A stretch of DNA of 64,000 nt from Vulcanimicrobiota bacterium (GTDB taxonomy: Bacteria; Vulcanimicrobiota; Vulcanimicrobiia; Vulcanimicrobiales; Vulcanimicrobiaceae): contig CAWETW010000003.1 of the NCBI GenBank assembly GCA_963812155.1, positions 224,001 through 288,000 of the forward strand. Reading direction: 5' to 3'. The notes under the pieces are model-generated. The model searched no databases and was not told the origin of the DNA. It saw only the letters and a list, made by a program, of their open reading frames with translations. Made by a program: the position numbers and the translations under genes. Positions 58,506 through 64,000 of the stretch are shown here, in pieces. How positions within the stretch are numbered: the first letter of the stretch is position 1; each line of letters starts with the position of its first letter.

Positions 58506-59693
58506 ATGCGTCGTTCTACGATCTCCTTAGCGCTTTGTCTCGGCGTTCTCGCCGGGTGTTCGCAGCACGCCACTTCATCGGCGCTTCCCGCTCTGGCTCA
58601 GAGCGGCATGACGTCGCTGCAGCCGAATACCGGCTTCAACCCGCTCTACAGTTTCCAGGCAATTCCGGACGGCAGCGGTCCGTTCGGGAGGCTGCTGTAC
58701 TCTAACGGCACGTTTTACGGCAACACGCTCAAGGGCGGCAAAAATGGTCTCGGCGCCGTGTACAAAGTGAATGCCTCCGGCAAGGAGAGCGTCCTCTACA
58801 GCTTCGCCGGTCCCCCGGCGGATGGCCGGTTCCCGATCGCGGGCCTCACGATCAAGAACGGTGAGTTCTACGGCACGACTGCGAACGGCGGCGCCGACGA
58901 CTATGGGACGGTCTTTAAGGTCAGCGCGTCCGGCGCCGAACACGTCCTGTATAGTTTCAAAAATGAGCCGGACGGCCAAAACCCGCAAGGGACGCTGGTC
59001 GCGCTCAACGGCACGTTTTACGGCGCCACGCAGTTCGGCGGCACGTACGGCATCGGTACGGTCTTTAAGATCAGTGCATCCGGCGCGGAGAAAGTCATTT
59101 ACAGCTTCAACGTCAATGCGTCGCCTTTAGACGGCGTGTACCCCGTTGGAGATCTCATTGTCGTCAACGGCACGCTTTACGGGACGACGCTCAACGGCGG
59201 TTCGAGCAACCATGGAACGATCTTTAAAATAAGCCCATCGGGAGTCGAACACGTCCTGCACGAGTTCAAGGGAAAGCCGGACGGCTCGACCCCGTACGCA
59301 GGTCTCATCAACGTCAACGGAACGCTTTACGGCACGACGGAAGTCGGCGGTGCGAGCGATCACGGAACGGTGTTCAAAGTGAGCACGACCGGCGCAGAAC
59401 ACGTCATTTACAGTTTTAAGGGTTCACCCGACGGCTCGATCCCGTACGGGCGCCTGCTCTCGCTAAACGGCACGCTCTACGGCACGACGCAGTACGGCGG
59501 TGCGAATAATATCGGAGCCATTTTCAAGGTGAGCACGTCGGGCTCGGAACACGTCCTCCACAGCTTCTCAGGAGGCCCCGCGGACGGCGCGAATCCGGTC
59601 GCGGGGATGACGGCTCTCACCGGCGTCTTGTACGGCACTGCAAGCCAGGGCGGCACAGGCGGCGGCGGGATGATCTTCAAGTTGACACCGTAA
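58506..59693 (+). CDS. Gloeo_Verruco (GloVer) tandem-repeat lipoprotein, 7 repeats
   Basis: Lipobox LAGC; seven LYSF..PDG..P...L....G.LYGTT..GG....GTVFK repeats. Confidence 0.88.
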   Translation: MRRSTISLALCLGVLAGCSQHATSSALPALAQSGMTSLQPNTGFNPLYSFQAIPDGSGPFGRLLYSNGTFYGNTLKGGKNGLGAVYKVNASGKESVLYSFAGPPADGRFPIAGLTIKNGEFYGTTANGGADDYGTVFKVSASGAEHVLYSFKNEPDGQNPQGTLVALNGTFYGATQFGGTYGIGTVFKISASGAEKVIYSFNVNASPLDGVYPVGDLIVVNGTLYGTTLNGGSSNHGTIFKISPSGVEHVLHEFKGKPDGSTPYAGLINVNGTLYGTTEVGGASDHGTVFKVSTTGAEHVIYSFKGSPDGSIPYGRLLSLNGTLYGTTQYGGANNIGAIFKVSTSGSEHVLHSFSGGPADGANPVAGMTALTGVLYGTASQGGTGGGGMIFKLTP

Positions 59694-59890
59694 CTACGCC
59701 GGACTTGCGGCGGTCGCGCTAAGGCGATCCAATGTCGCCCTGAAGGTCGCTCGGATTAGCGAACAGCGTCACGCGATGTCGGTGGCGCACCATTAGATAC
59801 TTTCATTCGACCGGCAACTCGGCTAGCGTTGGTGGTGCTCCGCGCGTGCTCGGGCCAGACCTCGGCGCGCGGCGAGAAGGTGAAGAAACA

Positions 59891-60577
59891 ATGTCTTTAA
59901 CGTTTTTCAGGAAAACACGTCGCATCGGCGTTGTTTGTGCGGTAATAGCGTCGCTCGCCGGCTGCAGCAACAGCGGATCCCAAGTCGCTCCTGTGGCACC
60001 GGCGCAGTTAGGCGCATCACACATCGTGGCCGGTGCCGCACAGCCAAATTCGATCGTCTACACGCCCGTCAGCGAGCAGATTCCAGCAAACGGCCGGCTA
60101 AAAGTGGATCTCAACAACGATGGCGTGAGCGACTTCACGTTCGTGCAAACCTACTTTGTGCTCTACGGACAGCATGGGATTGGTCCCCCTCAGCCATGTG
60201 GGGCGATTGGCGCTCTTTTCCTGGAGCCGAAAAACCTTGGCCGCAACGGCGTCGCAAACGGTGCTCAAGAAGGATGGGCCGCGAAACTGAGCCCCGGTAC
60301 TCCAATCGGTTCAACGGTCAGCTTCGATCACACGTCATCGCTGCTATACGGATTTGCAGAGGGTTGTTTGCCTCCGCACCACCTGCCGTATAGTCATGGC
60401 TACTGGCGGCAAGCCACCGGATTACTTGGCCTCGAGTTCAAGATGCTCGGGCAAGTTCACTACGGCTGGGCGCGATTAGTCGAAGGCACGCTGACTGGTT
60501 ACGCGTACGAAACCGTCGCCGGCCAATCGATCGCGGCCGGACCAGTGAATGTCCGATCCTACGCACTTAAAGAATAG
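59891..60577 (+). CDS. Hypothetical lipoprotein
   Basis: Lipobox LAGC; DLNNDGVSDF Ca-binding-like motif; HYGWARL...YAYE C-terminal motif. Confidence 0.7.
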   Translation: MSLTFFRKTRRIGVVCAVIASLAGCSNSGSQVAPVAPAQLGASHIVAGAAQPNSIVYTPVSEQIPANGRLKVDLNNDGVSDFTFVQTYFVLYGQHGIGPPQPCGAIGALFLEPKNLGRNGVANGAQEGWAAKLSPGTPIGSTVSFDHTSSLLYGFAEGCLPPHHLPYSHGYWRQATGLLGLEFKMLGQVHYGWARLVEGTLTGYAYETVAGQSIAAGPVNVRSYALKE

Positions 60578-60586
60578 GTACAACTC

Positions 60587-60709
60587 ATGCGCATTCGACG
60601 TTCAGCTCAGTACGCTTTGTGTGTATGCGTGGCCACAGTCACATTCACCGGCTGCAACGGCACCGCGAATGTCACTCCGTCGCCAGGCGTCGGTCTTGCA
60701 GAACGCTGA
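60587..60709 (+). pseudogene. Truncated lipoprotein gene remnant (signal peptide + short linker)
   Basis: MRIRRSAQYALCVCVATVTFTGCNGTANVTPSPGVGLAER*: lipobox FTGC, then an early TGA. Confidence 0.5.
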
Positions 60710-60873
60710 GGGACTTACGTGGCTGGAACCTGCGAAGCTTTACGAACGAAATCTTTGCTGCGAATCCGGAACGCGAGGGCAAGCAGGCCGGCGGAACATT
60801 CGGTATTCCGGCAAGCGTGACACCCAGCAGCATATGAGGCGTTAAAAGCAGGAGAAGTCCGGCGCACTGCTGA

Positions 60874-60891
60874 CCACGTAAAGGCGTTCCT
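60874..60891 (+). promoter_or_regulatory. 18-bp leader element (copy 2)
   Basis: Identical to 58470-58487. Confidence 0.55.
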
Positions 60892-60909
60892 CACTTTGGA
60901 GGTTTTAAA

Positions 60910-62085
60910 ATGCGTCGTTCTTCAATTCTCTTAGCGCTTGGTCTCGGCGCCATGGTCGGCTGTTCGCAACACGCTACGTCATCGCCGCTTCCGGTCGCGC
61001 CGCAGAGCCTTGCGATGGAGCGTCCGGCTGTTGTATTCAAGTCCCTCTACAGCTTCGCCGGCACCCCGGACGGTGCAAACCCGTTGGCGACGCTGGTCGC
61101 TGTGAACGGCACGCTCTACAGCACGACCTACGAAGGTGGTAAAAGCGGCTTAGGAACCGTCTTCAAGGTGAGCACGTCTGGTATGGAACGCGTCCTCCAC
61201 AATTTCAGCGGCGTCGCCCCGAACGGCGCAAACCCGTCGGCGGGACTACTCGCGGTGAATGGCGCGCTTTATGGCACGACATCGACCGGTGGTAAAAGCG
61301 GCTTCGGAACCATCTTCAAGATAAGCACGACAGGATTCCAACACGTTCTCTACAGCTTCGCCGGCACGCCGGATGGAGCAAACCCCTACGCACGCTTGAT
61401 CTCCTTGAACGGCACGCTTTACGGTACGACCTACGAAGGTGGTAAAAGCGGATTCGGAACTGTCTTTAAGGTGAGCACTGCCGGCGTGGAACGCGTCATC
61501 TACAGTTTCAAAGGCGCGCAGGATGGCGCAAACCCGGCCGCCGGGCTGACCGTCGTGAACGGCACGCTTTACGGCACGACGTATCGCGGTGGTACGAGCT
61601 CCAACGGAACCGTCTTCAAGGTGAGCGCGTCCGGCACCGAACACGCCCTTTACAGCTTCAACGGAACGCCGGACGGCGCCAACCCGTATGCGGGCTTGAC
61701 CGCCCTGAACGGCACGCTTTACGGCACGACGTACGAAGGTGGTAACAGCGGCAACGGAAGCGTCTTCAAGGTAAGCACGTCCGGCGCGGAACACGTCCTC
61801 TACAGCTTCAAAGGCGCATCGGACGGTGCAAACCCCTATGCGGGCTTGGTCGCCCTGAACGGTACGCTCTACGGCGCGACGTTCTACGGTGGTAAGAGCA
61901 ACAATGGAACCATCTTCAAGGTGAGCACGGCTGGCACGGAAGGCGTTCTGTACAGGTTCACGGGCGTCGCACCGGACGGCGCCAACCCCTATGCGTCGCT
62001 AATCGCCATGAGCGGCACACTTTATGGCACGACGCATCAAGGGGGTAGCAGCGGCAACGGAATCGTCTTCAAGTTGACACCGTAG
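60910..62085 (+). CDS. Gloeo_Verruco (GloVer) tandem-repeat lipoprotein, 7 repeats (paralog)
   Basis: Lipobox MVGC; seven highly similar repeats; same FKLTP C-terminus as 58506-59693. Confidence 0.88.
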   Translation: MRRSSILLALGLGAMVGCSQHATSSPLPVAPQSLAMERPAVVFKSLYSFAGTPDGANPLATLVAVNGTLYSTTYEGGKSGLGTVFKVSTSGMERVLHNFSGVAPNGANPSAGLLAVNGALYGTTSTGGKSGFGTIFKISTTGFQHVLYSFAGTPDGANPYARLISLNGTLYGTTYEGGKSGFGTVFKVSTAGVERVIYSFKGAQDGANPAAGLTVVNGTLYGTTYRGGTSSNGTVFKVSASGTEHALYSFNGTPDGANPYAGLTALNGTLYGTTYEGGNSGNGSVFKVSTSGAEHVLYSFKGASDGANPYAGLVALNGTLYGATFYGGKSNNGTIFKVSTAGTEGVLYRFTGVAPDGANPYASLIAMSGTLYGTTHQGGSSGNGIVFKLTP

Positions 62086-62094
62086 GGTCCACGT

Positions 62095-62188
62095 GGGAGC
62101 GTACGGATCTGGTGGTTCGCACGGTCTTCAAAATCGCTGAGGCCGTCGCAAGGCGGCTGGTAGGTTCGATTCCTACACGCTCCCGCCA
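62095..62188 (+). tRNA. selC: tRNA-Sec (anticodon UCA)
   Basis: 8-bp acceptor stem GGGAGCGT/ACGCTCCC, loop CTTCAAA with TCA at 62128-62130, long variable arm, GGTTCGATTCC T-arm, encoded GCCA end. Confidence 0.95.
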
Positions 62189-62256
62189 CATTTGAGCACG
62201 AATCGCGCCGCGAAATGCAGCCGCTGGTCACCTGGAGCTTCAAAAAGGGTGAAGGT

Positions 62257-62910
62257 TTATTGACCCAAAATGCCGATCGCTCGCGACGCGAGGGCAACGA
62301 TAATAAGTAGTGATATCAGACTTTGCACAATATGCAGTAGTTTCGCACGGTCGCTGAGCGGATAGATTTCGCTCGGGCTGAACGCCGTACTGGTCGTGAA
62401 CGCTAGATATAAGTAATCGATGAATGAAGGCTGCCAATCGCGCGGGATTCCATCGGCAGCATCCCCGCGAGGAAAGTGGAAATCTGCGGGCCCCTGCAAA
62501 ACTGCCGCGCGCCCGTCGGGGCCGCCGCGATCGAGGCGCCAATAGATGAGCGTAAAAAGTGCCACGTTGATCAGCCAAAGGTCGATCGCCGTCCACAACA
62601 GCACGAGTGCGTCTAAATGCAATGCCCTGTTTGCCATTTCGTAAAGCAAACGCGCTAGGATCGTGATCTCGACGCCTGCGACGACCACGGCAAACGTTAC
62701 AATCGCGTAACGCTCAAAACGTGTCCACAGAAACGCGATTAATGCTCCGCCGATCACGATTTCCGAGTATTTGGGCAGTAAGTGATAGTGTCGGGGCGTA
62801 GCAACCAGAATTATAATAATAATCACCACCATTACCGCTGGGGAGAGGCGTGACTCGCCTCGGTGTGTACTCGGTGGGCGCATCAGCGAGACGGTACGGG
62901 CTTTGCACAA
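62257..62910 (-). CDS. DUF1345-like membrane protein
   Basis: Multiple TM helices; YWRLDRGGP, DFHFP, WQPSFIDYLYLAFTTSTAFSP; start uncertain. Confidence 0.8.
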   Translation of the reverse strand: MCKARTVSLMRPPSTHRGESRLSPAVMVVIIIIILVATPRHYHLLPKYSEIVIGGALIAFLWTRFERYAIVTFAVVVAGVEITILARLLYEMANRALHLDALVLLWTAIDLWLINVALFTLIYWRLDRGGPDGRAAVLQGPADFHFPRGDAADGIPRDWQPSFIDYLYLAFTTSTAFSPSEIYPLSDRAKLLHIVQSLISLLIIVALASRAIGILGQ

Positions 62911-62970
62911 ACATCCCCTGGAGTAGGGCTGAGGATTTGAAACCTTGTTGCGAGAATCTACCCGACTATC

Positions 62971-63564
62971 GTGACGTCTCGCTTAAGTTATACCGATGCG
63001 CTCGAACAGCTGAAGGCGGGCAATATGCGGTTTGTTGCCGGCAGCCCGCGCTGCGAGCCGTATGGTCCCCGCGTCGCGGAGTTTGCCGGCGACCCACATC
63101 CTTTCGCCGTCGTTCTCGGCTGCGCCGATGCGCGCGTTCCCATCGAGACCATTTTTGATCAGGTTCCCGGGAATGTATTCGTCGTGCGAGTCGCCGGAAA
63201 TGCTGTCGACGCGAACAATCTCGGGTCGATCGAGTTTGCAGTTGACGTTCTTAAAGCGTCACTTGTCCTGGTTCTCGGGCATTCTCGGTGCGGAGCCCTC
63301 AGCGCGGCCCTGGCAAACGTGCGCGATGGCACGAGACAGCGCGGTCATATTTCGGCAATCATTGACGCTCTTGTTCCGTCGGTGCAGGCTGCGCAGGGAT
63401 TTCCCGGGGATTGGCTCGAGAACGCCATCGCGCATAACGTCGCACGCAACGTAGAGGCGATCGTCGCCCGCTCAGAGATTATCTCGGAGAAGCGTAACGC
63501 TGGAGAAGTGCAGGTGGTTGGGGGAATTTATAACGTTGCCACAGGGTGGGTCGCATTCTCATAA
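62971..63564 (+). CDS. Beta-class carbonic anhydrase
   Basis: LKAGNMRF, GCADARV, RVAGN, GSIEFAV, GHSRCGA zinc ligands. Confidence 0.93.
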   Translation: MTSRLSYTDALEQLKAGNMRFVAGSPRCEPYGPRVAEFAGDPHPFAVVLGCADARVPIETIFDQVPGNVFVVRVAGNAVDANNLGSIEFAVDVLKASLVLVLGHSRCGALSAALANVRDGTRQRGHISAIIDALVPSVQAAQGFPGDWLENAIAHNVARNVEAIVARSEIISEKRNAGEVQVVGGIYNVATGWVAFS

Positions 63565-63646
63565 GTTGTAAGTGAGCTGCTTCTATAGGCGCGCATACGC
63601 TGGCCGTTCGCCGGAGGCGTTTACCAGAGAACTCTAAGTCTTGCGT

Positions 63647-63976
63647 TTAGCCGATCACCAAGCGGCTTATCTTCTCATCTGCAAGCACGAAGGTGTGATC
63701 GATCCGCAGCGGCGATCCCGGAAAGATTCCCGAGACGAGAGTTGTTACGACGAGACTGTCACCGACCTGCTCAATCGCTTCGACTTCGAAGCTTGCATGA
63801 TACTGTGTTTGGGTTTCCTCAATCCAATTCCTAATCGCATCCCGGCCGCGACGTTCCACGTTTTCGTCCTCGACAAACGCATAGTCTCCGAACTGTTCGA
63901 GCGCTGATCCGGCATCGAACGCGTTTCGCGCGTTGAAGTATTCGCGAACAGATGTTGGCAAGCCCTCAATAATCAT
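63647..63976 (-). CDS. SnoaL-like / NTF2 family protein
   Basis: YFNARN..D......F...A.VEDE....RGRDAIRNW, VSGIFPGSP, F.L...KISRL. Confidence 0.85.
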   Translation of the reverse strand: MIIEGLPTSVREYFNARNAFDAGSALEQFGDYAFVEDENVERRGRDAIRNWIEETQTQYHASFEVEAIEQVGDSLVVTTLVSGIFPGSPLRIDHTFVLADEKISRLVIG

Positions 63977-64000
63977 TCTTCACGCCTCGAAAGTGGTGCG

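Noticed and set aside
60587..60820. UGA read-through selenoprotein candidate at 60707
   Set aside because: No redox-motif context, only a weak downstream hairpin, and the extension does not look protein-like.
58506..62085. Regular nucleotide repeats suggesting CRISPR or a DGR template/variable repeat pair
   Set aside because: The repeats are in-frame protein-coding units of about 150 nt. There are no unique spacers, cas genes or reverse transcriptase, and no adenine-specific mismatch pattern was noticed.

Overview
GC-rich bacterial chromosomal region. The expansion of lipoproteins, phospholipase-C-family and Gloeo/Verruco-repeat proteins suggests Candidatus Eremiobacterota (Vulcanimicrobiota), but this is inference only. 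Core genes: tsaE-tsaB-rimI-yqeK-rsfS, gyrA-trxA-selA, selB, clpB, typA and tRNA-Sec (selC). Accessory blocks: a putrescine/GABA catabolic cluster (gabT, patA, ALDH, PucR-type regulator, flavin amine oxidase); a DUF1326/DUF2182/peroxiredoxin block; a mobile mystery protein A/B pair; an RHH / REC-GAF-PP2C-like / CheB-CheR / STAS signalling module; and many secreted lipoproteins. Five loci carry a REP-like palindromic repeat (TGTCATCCTGAGC...GCAGTCGAAGGAC). The best novelty candidates are (1) an ABAB array of four cysteine-rich lipoproteins with a conserved framework and variable Cys-pair loops gained or lost pairwise (26989-29773), and (2) a single-polypeptide SGNH + MBOAT + C-terminal FIYFKF acyltransferase (53160-55802). 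Many conserved genes have 1-nt frameshifts, densest at about 27-38 kb. These are most likely long-read consensus errors, so starts and ends there are approximate. Family assignments come from motif recognition by eye; no searches were run.
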